Shown one piece after another: positions 24,637-34,359 of a stretch of DNA of 64,000 nucleotides. Source of the DNA: an uncultured bacterium (GTDB lineage Bacteria > Omnitrophota > Gorgyraeia > Ghiorseimicrobiales > Ghiorseimicrobiaceae); contig CAJVXN010000006.1 in assembly GCA_913009335.1 (NCBI GenBank), positions 562 to 64,561 on the forward strand. The letters are read 5' to 3'. The notes beneath the pieces are model-generated. The model searched no databases. It saw only the letters and a program-made list of their open reading frames with translations, and had not been told where the DNA came from. Position numbers and translations under genes: made by a program. Within the stretch, counting starts at the first letter, position 1. The number at the start of each line of letters is the position of its first letter.

Positions 24637-26194
24637 GATTGCGAAAAGTAAGAATTTGGAAAAATTAATTTCTATAGGTAAGCAAAAGGGTTTTCTTACT
24701 TATGATCAGGTAAATAAAAATCTGCCTAATGATGTCACTTCTCCAAAGGATATCGAGCGAGTATTCGAATTATTAGGAAAAGCAAACATTAAAATAGTCG
24801 ATTCTGTCCAGAATTTCCAACAAGACACCCTAAAGGGAGGTTTAATGCGAACTAATGAAACACCACCGAAGGTAGTAAAGCCGCTACCGGAAAAATATAT
24901 GCCGCTTGATGATCCGGTTAAAATGTATTTAAGACAGATGGGTTCGATTTCTTTGCTTAACAGGGCAGATGAATTAGCGCTTGCGCAAAAAATCGAAACA
25001 GAAGAAAACAAGTTTAAGCGCGAAGTTATTTCTACAAAATATGCCCGCCATGAATTATTTATACTTATTGATAAGCTTCTTGCTAAGGAAAAGAACCTTG
25101 AGGAAGTAATCAAAGAGGAAGTTGATGCAAAAAAAAATGTGGCTTATCGAAAATTATCACGGCTAGCGCGAAAAATCCGCAAAACGCGTAGCACAAGTAA
25201 AGTATTAGAATTATTTACAGAGTTGAATTTTATTACTTCTGTTATTGAAAATATTTTTAAATCTTTTATTGCTACATTTAAAAAAATCGATTTAATAAAT
25301 AGGGAAATTAATAAAGCACGACGTAAGCATATCAAGGGTTTTATCAGAAAGCTTAAACTAGAGCAAGAGAAGATTATTAGAAAATTCGGCATGCCGGTTA
25401 AGGAAATAAAAGAAGAACTAAGGCACATAAAGCTAAAACAGAATAAGTTTGCTCGTGCGAAAAAGAAACTCGTTGAGGCAAATCTACGATTAGTAGTCAG
25501 TATTGCAAAGAAATACACAAATCGTGGTTTGTCATTTTTAGATCTTATACAGGAGGGTAATATCGGATTAATGCGCGCGGTAGAGAAGTTTGAGTATAAG
25601 AGAGGTTATAAATTTTCCACATACGCAACCTGGTGGATACGTCAGGCAATTACGCGTTCAATCGCAGATCAGGCCAGGACGATTAGGATTCCGGTGCATA
25701 TGACTGAAACAATAAATAAGATAATACGTATTTCTCGTATGTTCGTGCAAGAAAATGGACGTGAGCCTCGACCAGAGGAAATTTCTAAGCAGATGCGTAT
25801 GCCTATGGGTAAAGTAAAAAGTATTTTAAAGATTGCCCAGGAGCCCATATCTCTGCAGACACCAATAGGTGACGATGGAGATACTCGTTTTGGAGATTTT
25901 ATCGAAGATAAAAAAGCTATTTCTCCTGCGGATGCTACATTGCGATCGATGTTGAGAGATGAAATGAATTTAGCGCTTGAGGGGCTCACAGATCGCGAGA
26001 AGAAAATTCTTGTATTACGTTTTGGTACTGAGGATGGATGTGCTCATACACTCGAAGAGGTGGGTAAGGTTTTTCGAGTTACCCGCGAACGCGTAAGGCA
26101 GATTGAAGCAAAAGCGCTAAAGAAATTAAGGCATCCTACACGCTCAAAACGTCTGCGTACATTTTTGGATGTCACCTTAGTGCAAACAAAGTAA
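24626..26194 (+). CDS. rpoD: RNA polymerase sigma-70 factor RpoD
   Basis: [53 protein letters not shown]; region 4 at the C-terminus. Confidence 0.9.
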   Translation: MRRKIAKSKNLEKLISIGKQKGFLTYDQVNKNLPNDVTSPKDIERVFELLGKANIKIVDSVQNFQQDTLKGGLMRTNETPPKVVKPLPEKYMPLDDPVKMYLRQMGSISLLNRADELALAQKIETEENKFKREVISTKYARHELFILIDKLLAKEKNLEEVIKEEVDAKKNVAYRKLSRLARKIRKTRSTSKVLELFTELNFITSVIENIFKSFIATFKKIDLINREINKARRKHIKGFIRKLKLEQEKIIRKFGMPVKEIKEELRHIKLKQNKFARAKKKLVEANLRLVVSIAKKYTNRGLSFLDLIQEGNIGLMRAVEKFEYKRGYKFSTYATWWIRQAITRSIADQARTIRIPVHMTETINKIIRISRMFVQENGREPRPEEISKQMRMPMGKVKSILKIAQEPISLQTPIGDDGDTRFGDFIEDKKAISPADATLRSMLRDEMNLALEGLTDREKKILVLRFGTEDGCAHTLEEVGKVFRVTRERVRQIEAKALKKLRHPTRSKRLRTFLDVTLVQTK

Positions 26195-26235
26195 AAAATA
26201 TTAAAGTAGTTTTTATTAGATAGAGTGGTAACAAA

Positions 26236-26266
26236 AACTCCGTAAGTCATTTACGGAGTTTTTTGT
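26236..26266 (+). terminator. Rho-independent terminator after rpoD
   Basis: CTCCGTAA-GTCAT-TTACGGAG followed by TTTTTTG. Confidence 0.7.
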
Positions 26267-26366
26267 TGATGATATCTATCTCTAATGGTACAATATTTGA
26301 AATAATTGATTTAAAAGATTAACGCATAGATACCTTAAAATCTTTTAAGAGAACAACCGAAAATAC

Positions 26367-27659
26367 ATGCTAGGCACATTAATCCTTGTTGATATAATAA
26401 TTTTAGCTATTGGCATAGTTGCGGGTTTTAAAATATCCCAGCTTTTGTTTCAGAAAAAGATAAAACTTTCATTTGTAAACGATCGTAATCCCCCTGAGAC
26501 ACTTAAGGATCCTCCAAAAGATACCAAGGTTATAAAAATCCAAGCTGATACACAGCAATATAGTATTGAAGATAAAATCTGGCATGAAGAAGAGACAGCG
26601 TTTGTGTTTGATTTACATGAAGATCTTTCCTTTAAGCGAGATAAGAGTGAAATCATAAGATCGATTACTGATAGCGTACATAAGTTTCTATCTGTTAAAA
26701 ATACCGTATTTATTTCCACGGATAAGAATAGCGATAAGCTAAAACTTGAATACGCCGTAGGTTTGAATAATAAATTGGTTAAAGATTTATCGTTAAATAA
26801 AGATGAAAGCATATCGGGCTTTGTGATTGCGCAAGCAAAGCCGCTATGGATGAAAAATTTATTTGAGAATGATTATTTGAACCGCATGAATCAAGAATAT
26901 TATCTCGGAAAGTCTTTTATAAGTATTCCGATTATGTTTCATAATGAAGTAATGGGTGTGCTGCACGTCTGTAATAAGGTCCCCGAAAGAGAGTTTACGC
27001 AGCGCGACTTTTCATTTTTGGTTAATATCGGCCGGGTAAGTGCTATCGCGCTAAAGAATGCAAGACTTCAGGAGCAAATAGAAAATGATTATTTAAAAAC
27101 CATGACTACACTTGCCGCAACTATTGATGCTAGAGACCATTATACCAAGTGGCATTCAGAAAATGTCGCTCGTTACTCACTAGCAATTGCCGAAAAAATG
27201 GATTGTAATCATCAATTTAATATAGTTTTAGAGCGCGCAGCACTACTTCATGATATCGGAAAAATCGGAATACGCGATAATGTCCTGCTTAAACCTGATA
27301 AGCTTACTTCTGATGAATTTAAACAAATTAAGCGTCATTCCGCAATAGGCGATCAAATGATAAGCTCTTTATCTTTTCTTGAAGAGGCGGCTATTTTAAT
27401 AAGGCAACATCATGAACGTTGTGATGGTTCAGGTTATCCGGATGGGATTAAGGCTGATGAGATCAAATTGGGGGCAAAAATCTTAGCCGTAGCAGATACT
27501 TTTGACGCGATGTTTTCAGATAGGCCATATCGAAAAGGTATGTCGATAACGGCAAGCATGCGCGAACTTTTAGAGGCGAAAAACTCAAAATTAGATCCCA
27601 AAGTTGTCGATTGTTTTTTACGAATTATAAAAGATGATTCTGAAATTCTCAGAAAATGA
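26367..27659 (+). CDS. TM + GAF + HD-GYP c-di-GMP phosphodiesterase
   Basis: HD motif LLHDIGKIG, HHERCDGSGYPDG (GYP), GAF-like region. Confidence 0.8.
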   Translation: MLGTLILVDIIILAIGIVAGFKISQLLFQKKIKLSFVNDRNPPETLKDPPKDTKVIKIQADTQQYSIEDKIWHEEETAFVFDLHEDLSFKRDKSEIIRSITDSVHKFLSVKNTVFISTDKNSDKLKLEYAVGLNNKLVKDLSLNKDESISGFVIAQAKPLWMKNLFENDYLNRMNQEYYLGKSFISIPIMFHNEVMGVLHVCNKVPEREFTQRDFSFLVNIGRVSAIALKNARLQEQIENDYLKTMTTLAATIDARDHYTKWHSENVARYSLAIAEKMDCNHQFNIVLERAALLHDIGKIGIRDNVLLKPDKLTSDEFKQIKRHSAIGDQMISSLSFLEEAAILIRQHHERCDGSGYPDGIKADEIKLGAKILAVADTFDAMFSDRPYRKGMSITASMRELLEAKNSKLDPKVVDCFLRIIKDDSEILRK

Positions 27660-27673
27660 TAAGGAGGAGTTAA

Positions 27674-28495
27674 GTGAATAGATATAGAAGTTTTATTATT
27701 GCATCTGTATTATGTTTTTACGCTTCGTTATCTTATGCTGCCAGTATCGGTAATCCAATTAAGCCGGTAGGTCATTTAAAATTTGCCGTAGGTACTGAGG
27801 CGAATTTTGTTTTAGATCGCGAGCTGGAATTAACCGGTGAAACTACATCGGGAGCTAGCTTTAATGAATTTGAGCTCTCTAAGGTTACCGAGGGATATAC
27901 CAAGTTAATACTAGGCATTACTGATTATGTTAATGTTTTTATGCGTCTTGGCGCTACCAAGATAAACGGTTTAGAAATTAAATTATCATCCGGGGAAGAT
28001 ATTTCTATAGAGACAGATAGCACCTTTTCATATGCCTTTGGCGCAAATGCGGTTTATCAGATTCATAGTGATGAGTTGCATTTTATAGATTTAGACAACA
28101 ATTTTATATATTTTATTGGTTTAGGGGGCGAATTTTCTTTCTTTGATGCTGATGCGACTGAGCTTTATGTATCAGGCCTAAACGTGACAAATACATCTGG
28201 CCAGATAGAAAGCACACAATATCAAATCAATATATTTAGCGGTATCGAATTTATTTTAGATGAAAATTGTTCCCTTATTCCGTATATCGGCGGATTCTGG
28301 GATGGGTTAAATCTTAAAACCGGAAAAATCACTTATTCGTCTAATGATCACATTAGTTTTGATGCGAAAGCAGACGATCAATTTGGATTTGCCGTAGGCT
28401 TGGATGTGAAGCTTTCAGATAATGTAGGCGTAAATATTGAAGCGAAGTTTTTAGGCGCGCAAGTAATGAGTGCCGGCGGAATAATAAAGTTTTAA
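27674..28495 (+). CDS. Secreted outer-membrane beta-barrel protein (porin-like)
   Basis: Signal peptide ending in AAS; alternating amphipathic pattern; C-terminal Phe. Confidence 0.4.
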   Translation: MNRYRSFIIASVLCFYASLSYAASIGNPIKPVGHLKFAVGTEANFVLDRELELTGETTSGASFNEFELSKVTEGYTKLILGITDYVNVFMRLGATKINGLEIKLSSGEDISIETDSTFSYAFGANAVYQIHSDELHFIDLDNNFIYFIGLGGEFSFFDADATELYVSGLNVTNTSGQIESTQYQINIFSGIEFILDENCSLIPYIGGFWDGLNLKTGKITYSSNDHISFDAKADDQFGFAVGLDVKLSDNVGVNIEAKFLGAQVMSAGGIIKF

Positions 28496-28533
28496 CGGGT
28501 TAGTTAAAGCTAATTGGACAACCGGGGGACATA

Positions 28534-28791
28534 ATGAAAAAAAACTCAATGCATATATTTAAAGTATATCTAATGTGCATGCTTAAGATAACCTTGGTAT
28601 TATTTTTCTGTTTTTTCTTTATTGCTGAATGCTTTAAACCCAAAGAAGGATTTTTCGCTATCGTAACTATAGGAATTGCGTGTGTTTCAGCTATTGCATT
28701 TATGATGGCAGCTGATGTTTTTATTAAAGAGGCCCAGGCGCGTATTAGTAAAAATGATACCGATTCGAAAAATAAAAATCATGACAGATAA
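28534..28791 (+). CDS. Small membrane protein (hypothetical)
   Basis: Two predicted TM helices; no recognisable domain. Confidence 0.25.
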   Translation: MKKNSMHIFKVYLMCMLKITLVLFFCFFFIAECFKPKEGFFAIVTIGIACVSAIAFMMAADVFIKEAQARISKNDTDSKNKNHDR

Positions 28792-29119
28792 CCGTAAGTA
28801 TATTCGAATTAATAAATCTTCTGAAGTAAGCTATAAAATTTTACGAAAATTCATGAAGAGCGGGACTCGAAGTTCTAATATCTCGATAGGGGGTATATGT
28901 CTGCCCACTGTCCAGAGATTAAACCCGGGTACTTTTTTAGAGCTTGAAATATCTTTTGTAGAGATTGAGAGTATTGTAAAGGCTGTAGGGGAAATAATCT
29001 GGATAAATGAAAAAAAGCAAGGTGAATCCCCTTTTGAAATCGGTATAAAATTTATCGATATTTCTCTTTCCGATGTAGAGCTTATTAATAAAATGATCCT
29101 GAATTTTAAGGAAAACTAA
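28715..29119 (+). CDS. PilZ-domain protein (likely start at M of MTDNRKYIRI, about 28781)
   Basis: RKYIRI and NISIGGICL PilZ motifs. Confidence 0.55.
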   Translation: MFLLKRPRRVLVKMIPIRKIKIMTDNRKYIRINKSSEVSYKILRKFMKSGTRSSNISIGGICLPTVQRLNPGTFLELEISFVEIESIVKAVGEIIWINEKKQGESPFEIGIKFIDISLSDVELINKMILNFKEN

Positions 29120-29128
29120 AAAGACGAA

Positions 29129-29599
29129 ATGGCACAAAAAGAAAAAAGAAAATATGGCCGTTATAATACTGAGGTTGAAATTTATTTTCGTGTTAATTTT
29201 GATATACGTACTAAAGTAAAATATCGGTTATTAGGTAAAAAATCTCACAAACCTTTAGATGGGAATCATCTTGCATTAAGCCGTAATATAAGCGCGGAAG
29301 GCCTCTGTTTTAGTTCCAATGAGAAATTAAAAAAAGGCAGCGACCTTTATCTGGAAATTTATATACCTAAACGAAAGCATCCTATTTGCATGACAGGGGA
29401 AGTACGATGGTCTAAATGTGTCAGCGATCCTAAAAAATCCAAGTATAAATTCGATACGGGCGTCCGATTGCTGAGTGTTTCCGGAAAAGGAATTGAGCCT
29501 ACGATTTATTTTGATGATAAGCATCAAGTTATCTGGAGCGTGGTTTTAGAGTCTATTCTAGGAAGCTTCCGAAAGATTATGCAGGGGAAAGATAAATAA
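29129..29599 (+). CDS. PilZ-domain protein
   Basis: RKYGRY and NISAEGLCF PilZ motifs. Confidence 0.55.
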   Translation: MAQKEKRKYGRYNTEVEIYFRVNFDIRTKVKYRLLGKKSHKPLDGNHLALSRNISAEGLCFSSNEKLKKGSDLYLEIYIPKRKHPICMTGEVRWSKCVSDPKKSKYKFDTGVRLLSVSGKGIEPTIYFDDKHQVIWSVVLESILGSFRKIMQGKDK

Positions 29600-29641
29600 A
29601 CGGCATCAGCACTATTTAATAAAAATCCTCTAAATTCCCCC

Positions 29642-29670
29642 TTTACACGCTTTGATAAATCTGCTATTAT
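29642..29670 (+). promoter_or_regulatory. Candidate sigma70 promoter for tRNA-Met
   Basis: TTTACA, 17-bp spacer, TATTAT. Confidence 0.45.
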
Positions 29671-29700
29671 TATTTTCTGTTAAAATTAATTATAGCTTTA

Positions 29701-29774
29701 GGGCCCATAGCTCAGTCGGTTAGAGCAGTTGACTCATAATCAATTGGTCCGGGGTTCGAGTCCCTGTGGGCCCA
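29701..29774 (+). tRNA. tRNA-Met (anticodon CAT; elongator type or tRNA-Ile2)
   Basis: Cloverleaf: acceptor GGGCCCA/TGGGCCC, anticodon loop CTCATAA, T-loop TTCGAGT; G1-C72 paired, so not an initiator. Confidence 0.85.
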
Positions 29775-29825
29775 ATTTACTTTCTACAAGTTTCTAATAA
29801 ACTCTCGGGTTTAATGATAGTTAAG

Positions 29826-29895
29826 GACCAAAAAGGGGTGTGGGGAAAGAATTTCCCCATGCTTTTAGGGTGACAGCGACAAACCTAAGTGAGTC
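29826..29895. repeat. Repeat AAAGGGGTGTGGGG...GAAAGAATTTCCCCATGCTTTTAGGGTGACAGCGACAAAC (also at 33044-33165)
   Basis: Direct sequence match between the two tRNA-downstream regions. Confidence 0.6.
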
Positions 29896-29946
29896 GCGCC
29901 AGAGGGCAAAGCCATATGGAGAGCGATGAGCGAAGCGAAGAAGTGA

Positions 29947-30002
29947 CTGGTCCGGGGTTTCCGCCACAAAGCGTTGGCGGACAGGCGAGTCCCTGTGGGC
30001 CC
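29947..30002 (+). repeat. Duplicate of tRNA-Met 3' half with a 27-nt insertion in the T-arm
   Basis: TGGTCCGGGGTT[TCCGCCACAAAGCGTTGGCGGACAGGCG]AGTCCCTGTGGGCCCA versus the tRNA 3' half TGGTCCGGGGTTCGAGTCCCTGTGGGCCCA. Confidence 0.6.
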
Positions 30003-30046
30003 AATTTTGTAAAAAATAACACCTTCCGAAACCCCCTTCCGTATAT

Positions 30047-30865
30047 ATGAATAAATATATTAAACGAATTCCCATTATAATTGTTTTATTTCTTGTAGGA
30101 TTTATCGCCTTTTTCTTGTTTTTAATGCCGAAAAATCGGATCCGTTTAGCGACTACGACATCTCTCGATAACTCCGGGCTCCTTAATGAATTACTTCCGC
30201 AGTTTGAGCAAAAAACCGGGATCAAAGTAGATGTAATCGCGGTAGGTACGGGCAAGGCCTTGAAATTAGCTGAAGGTGGGGATGTTGATATTATTTTTGT
30301 TCATGCCCCATTTGCCGAAGAAGAATTTATGCGTAAAGGGTTTGGTGTGGATAGATACGAAATTATGCATAATTTTTTCTTAATCGCAGGGCCGCCTGAT
30401 GATCCGGCAGGTATTCAACATAAAGATGCTGTATCCGCATTTAAAGCAATAGCCGAAAAAAAATATAATTTTATTTCTAGGGCAGATGAGTCAGGTACAC
30501 ATAAAAAAGAAATGCAATTATGGAAAGCGGCAAATATTACTCCTGAGGGGAGCTGGTATTTAGAAAGCGGCCAGGGCATGGGGCAGACATTGATGATTGC
30601 TGATGAAAAGCGTGCCTATTGCCTGACCGATCAAGCGACATTTAGCGCTTATAAGAAAAAGATTGCTCTTAGTATACTCGTTAGGAAGGATGAGGATCTC
30701 TTGAATCCGTATCATCTAATTGCAGTTAATCCAAAACGCCATCATAACGTAAATTATCAAGCAGCTATAAAATTAATTACCTGGTTTATTTCAGGAGAAA
30801 CGCAAGGACTTATTAAAAATTTTGCCCCTAATAATGAGATAATTTTTTATGCCAAAGATTCTTAA
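30047..30865 (+). CDS. tupA: Tungstate/molybdate ABC transporter substrate-binding protein (TupA/WtpA-like)
   Basis: LATTTSLDNSGLL...AVGTGKALKLAEGGDVDIIFVHAP...AGPPDDPAGI. Confidence 0.65.
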   Translation: MNKYIKRIPIIIVLFLVGFIAFFLFLMPKNRIRLATTTSLDNSGLLNELLPQFEQKTGIKVDVIAVGTGKALKLAEGGDVDIIFVHAPFAEEEFMRKGFGVDRYEIMHNFFLIAGPPDDPAGIQHKDAVSAFKAIAEKKYNFISRADESGTHKKEMQLWKAANITPEGSWYLESGQGMGQTLMIADEKRAYCLTDQATFSAYKKKIALSILVRKDEDLLNPYHLIAVNPKRHHNVNYQAAIKLITWFISGETQGLIKNFAPNNEIIFYAKDS

Positions 30866-30877
30866 AGAAGAATAATT

Positions 30878-31573
30878 ATGGAATATATTTTAAACGGTAT
30901 AAATGATGCTTTTAGGATGATATTTTCCTTAAATGCTGAAGTGCTTTCGGCAGTTTCGGTGTCATTAATGGTCTCAACTGTTGCCATTTTTTTAGCAATA
31001 CTTTTGGGCCTTCCTTTAGGCTTTATCATCGGTACAAATAGTTTTTTCGGCAAAAAAACGATCATAACAATAATGAATACACTATTGGCAGTTCCTACGG
31101 TATTTATAGGTCTTATGGTTTATTCGTTTATTTGTAGGCGGGGATTATTGGGGAATTTTGGTCTATTGTATACTCCTTGGGCAATGATAATCGGGCAGAC
31201 GATTTTAGCGTTTCCCATTGTATCCGCACTTACGCTTTCTGCCGTGTCTTCCATAGATAGACGTATTGAGAAAACAGCATTATCGTTAGGAGCAAATAAA
31301 AGACAAGTAGCGGTTTGCATATTGACTGAGGCGAGGTTTGCTATATTTTCAGCAATTATTGTAGCCTTTGGCCGCGTATTTTCCGAAGTAGGTATATCTA
31401 TGCTGCTAGGAGGAAATATTAGGTATCTTACGCGTAATATTACAACAACCATAGTGCTTGAGACCGGTAAAGGTGAATTTGCCTTAGGCATAGCCTTGGG
31501 GATTGTATTATTAACTGTTGCGTTACTGATAAACATAGTATTTAGTTATTTGCAAAGTAAAAAATCTTCTTAA
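30878..31573 (+). CDS. tupB: ABC transporter permease (TupB-like)
   Basis: BPD-transporter permease topology; LGANKRQVAVCILTEA. Confidence 0.7.
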   Translation: MEYILNGINDAFRMIFSLNAEVLSAVSVSLMVSTVAIFLAILLGLPLGFIIGTNSFFGKKTIITIMNTLLAVPTVFIGLMVYSFICRRGLLGNFGLLYTPWAMIIGQTILAFPIVSALTLSAVSSIDRRIEKTALSLGANKRQVAVCILTEARFAIFSAIIVAFGRVFSEVGISMLLGGNIRYLTRNITTTIVLETGKGEFALGIALGIVLLTVALLINIVFSYLQSKKSS

Positions 31574-31611
31574 TAAAGACCCATCCCTTTAAAGGTAGAG
31601 GATGGTCTATC

Positions 31612-32637
31612 TTGCAGATTAATATGAATAATATTATTTTAAAAGCTGAAAAATTACGAAAACGTCTGGATAGCGGTTTTTCTCTTGAGATTAGCAATTT
31701 ATGTTTTAAAAAAGGACAGATTTATGGATTGGTTGGTCCCAACGGAGCAGGAAAAACAACACTATTAAATATTTTAAGTCTTTTGGATAGGCCCTCTAAT
31801 GGAGAGATTTTCTTTAAAAACGAGCGTATTAGTAAGCCAAATTTATTAACAACGCGTCGAAAGATACATATGATTACGGAAAATCCCTTTCTATTTTCCG
31901 GGACAGTTTTTGATAATATCGTCTCCGGCCTCAGGTTTCGTCGTATAAGCCCAAAAAAGTGGCAGGGTTTAGTAGATAAGGCGTTAGAGGTAGTAGGGCT
32001 TGAAAACTTTAATCACAGGAACATAAGGAAGTTATCTGTAGGGGAATCTCAGCGCGTAGCACTTGCTAGAGCAATAGTTTTAAATCCGGAAATTCTTTTT
32101 CTGGATGAGCCGTTTGTAAATCTCGACCGACAGAGTATTTGTTTAATCGAAGAGTATATTCGTACCATACAAAAGAGCAATCAAACAACGATAATTTTTA
32201 CGACTCATGATTTTTATCAGGCATGGCACCTATCGAATCAAGTCATTTCATTGGTTAATGGTAGAATTGTCGAGGCACCGCTTGATAATTTTTTTGCTGG
32301 TTCTCCGGAAGAAGAGAATGGGTCATGCTTTGTGCGAATCTCAAAAAATATCCGTATTGCAATATCACAAAAAATTGATAATAGATGTAATATTTGCGTC
32401 CATCCTGAAGGTATAGTTATTTCGAAGCAAGAGTTTGATTCAAGTGCGCGTAATTCATTCAAAGGTGTGATTAAGTCTATCCATGCTGAAGATGGAATTG
32501 TCAGGGTAACTATAAGAATAGACCCATCTATTGAGCTGACAACTTTAATCACAGTCAGATCATATCGAGCTTTAAAGCTAGCTATTGATTCAGAGGTATT
32601 TGCGGTTTTTAAGGCCACCTCGGTAATAATATTTTAG
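31612..32637 (+). CDS. tupC: ABC transporter ATP-binding protein with C-terminal TOBE domain (TupC-like); likely ATG start at 31624
   Basis: Walker A GPNGAGKTT, signature LSVGESQR, Walker B ILFLDEP, C-terminal TOBE-like domain. Confidence 0.75.
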   Translation: MQINMNNIILKAEKLRKRLDSGFSLEISNLCFKKGQIYGLVGPNGAGKTTLLNILSLLDRPSNGEIFFKNERISKPNLLTTRRKIHMITENPFLFSGTVFDNIVSGLRFRRISPKKWQGLVDKALEVVGLENFNHRNIRKLSVGESQRVALARAIVLNPEILFLDEPFVNLDRQSICLIEEYIRTIQKSNQTTIIFTTHDFYQAWHLSNQVISLVNGRIVEAPLDNFFAGSPEEENGSCFVRISKNIRIAISQKIDNRCNICVHPEGIVISKQEFDSSARNSFKGVIKSIHAEDGIVRVTIRIDPSIELTTLITVRSYRALKLAIDSEVFAVFKATSVIIF

Positions 32638-32649
32638 CTTTATATTCTA

Positions 32650-32678
32650 TTGATTATTTCGTATCTCTTTGGTATAAT
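32650..32678 (+). promoter_or_regulatory. Strong sigma70-like promoter (TTGATT, 17 bp, extended -10 TGGTATAAT) upstream of the tRNA-Val region
   Basis: Motif match in sequence. Confidence 0.5.
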
Positions 32679-32773
32679 AAGACCTTTGAAATATCTAATC
32701 ATACGGATTACTAAAGCATATTCTTCTAGGTTCAATTTGGCTGCTATGCGTTAATTGATATGCTGTTTATCTT

Positions 32774-32904
32774 GGGCGCATAGCTCAGTCCCGAATGTAG
32801 AAACTTCGTAAGTCTTTCTTCGGGATGCCGAAGTATACACTTCTTGATTTACTGCATTCGGCATTGGTTAGACAGGCTTTGCTATGCATGCAAGTTAAAT
32901 ATTC
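32774..32904 (+). pseudogene. Degenerate tRNA-Val-like copy (first 16 nt identical to tRNA-Val, then a ~70-nt insertion in the D-loop and a decayed remainder)
   Basis: GGGCGCATAGCTCAGT identical to the 5' end of the downstream tRNA; TGGTTAGAC resumes after the insertion. Confidence 0.5.
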
Positions 32905-32978
32905 GGGCGCATAGCTCAGTTGGTTAGAGCATTTGCATCACACGCAAAGGGTCGAGGGTTCAAGTCCTTCTGCGCCCA
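32905..32978 (+). tRNA. tRNA-Val (anticodon CAC)
   Basis: Acceptor GGGCGCA/TGCGCCC, anticodon stem TTTGC/GCAAA with loop ATCACAC, T-loop TTCAAGT. Confidence 0.85.
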
Positions 32979-33043
32979 CTTAATTATAGCAAGTTGTTAT
33001 TTTATATAAAGTGCCGTGTTTCTAAAAAAATCCTCGACCCAAA

Positions 33044-33165
33044 GGGGTGTGGGGCACCCAGAAATTTCAAAGAAATTTCGGGTACTGTAGTCCCGGAAAT
33101 CCTTTAGGATTTCTCGGGGAAAGAATTTCTCCATGCTTTTAGGGTGACAGTGACGAACATAAACG
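33044..33165. repeat. Repeat AAAGGGGTGTGGGG...GAAATTTC modules...CCATGCTTTTAGGGTGACAGTGACGAAC
   Basis: Matches 29826-29895 and shares GAAATTC modules with 14405-14555. Confidence 0.6.
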
Positions 33166-33175
33166 ATAATTACTA

Positions 33176-33898
33176 ATGCCACAGGCTGCAATTAAAAAAC
33201 AAACCGCTTTCTTAAAAGAGCTTCAAACTATAGATACTCAAATTTATAATTTCAAGGGGCGTCTGGACGAAATCCCGCTTGTAATCGTTGCTAGAAATAA
33301 AGAATTCCAAGAGCAAAAAACAGGTTTAAATGAATTAGAGGAAAAGCAAAAAAGACTCTTGCTTGCGCGAAAAGATAAAGAGATTGAACTTGGCGGCAAG
33401 GAAGAGAACATGAAGAAGCTTCAGGGACAACTTTATCAGCTTAAGACCAATAAAGAATACACAGCCATGATGAAGGAAATGGATGGCCTAAAAGCGGATA
33501 ATTCGCGTATTGAAGATGCGATCCTGGATATCATGCTTCAGTTAGATGTACTGAAAAATGATGTTAATAAGGAAAAAACAGCACTTGACGAAAAAGAGAA
33601 AGTACTAAACGCAGAAAAAATAAAATTATCCGATGAACAAAAAGGCATTGATCAGAAAATGGCCGTATTAAATGGTAAGCACAAGCAGATAGCAGAAAAT
33701 ATCGATAGAAAAATCTTGAAAATTTACGAGCGTATACTGAAAGGTAAGGATGGGCTCGCCTTGGTTAAAGTTATTGATGGCTCATGCCAAGGATGTTTTA
33801 TGAATGTTCGCCCGCAAACGGTTAATGAAATACGCATGTACGAACGTATAATTACTTGCGAGATGTGTTCCCGGATACTCTACGAAGATGATGATTGA
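33176..33898 (+). CDS. Coiled-coil protein with C-terminal C4 zinc ribbon (COG1579/DUF164-like)
   Basis: Long coiled coil; CQGCFMNV...CEMCSRIL zinc ribbon. Confidence 0.55.
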   Translation: MPQAAIKKQTAFLKELQTIDTQIYNFKGRLDEIPLVIVARNKEFQEQKTGLNELEEKQKRLLLARKDKEIELGGKEENMKKLQGQLYQLKTNKEYTAMMKEMDGLKADNSRIEDAILDIMLQLDVLKNDVNKEKTALDEKEKVLNAEKIKLSDEQKGIDQKMAVLNGKHKQIAENIDRKILKIYERILKGKDGLALVKVIDGSCQGCFMNVRPQTVNEIRMYERIITCEMCSRILYEDDD

Positions 33899-33922
33899 TA
33901 CAACTTTTGCATCTATAGATAT

Positions 33923-34345
33923 ATGAAACAAGCTGAAATATTTATCGATGGCGCATCAAAAGGTAATCCCGGGCCTAGCGGAATCGGCGTTACCATTAAA
34001 ACCACTGGTGGGCTAACTAAAGAATATTCAAAATACATCGGGGAGACTACAAATAACGTTGCTGAGTATTCCGCGCTTATATTTGCACTTGAAGAAGCGC
34101 TGATTCTGCATCTTAACAAAATAAAAGTAAATACTGATAGCGAGCTGCTCTATCGACAGATAAAGGGTGTATATCGAGTACGCAGTAGCTCTCTTTTACC
34201 TTATTACAAACAGGCTATACGCTTGATTGAAGGTTTAAGTTCTTTTGATATAACGCATATTAATCGAGAATATAATAAATGTGCGGATAAATTGGCTACA
34301 AGTGCTGTAAAAAATAAAACTAATGCCTTAGGCAATTCCTGTTAA
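33923..34345 (+). CDS. rnhA: Ribonuclease HI
   Basis: IFIDGASKGNPGPSGIG; DSELL. Confidence 0.85.
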   Translation: MKQAEIFIDGASKGNPGPSGIGVTIKTTGGLTKEYSKYIGETTNNVAEYSALIFALEEALILHLNKIKVNTDSELLYRQIKGVYRVRSSSLLPYYKQAIRLIEGLSSFDITHINREYNKCADKLATSAVKNKTNALGNSC

Positions 34346-34359
34346 TCCTTGTGATTATC

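Noticed and set aside
29821-30255. 144-aa minus-strand ORF
   Set aside because: It spans the tRNA-Met 3'-half duplicate, a dispersed repeat and the 5' end of the tupA-like gene on the other strand. The composition is not protein-like.
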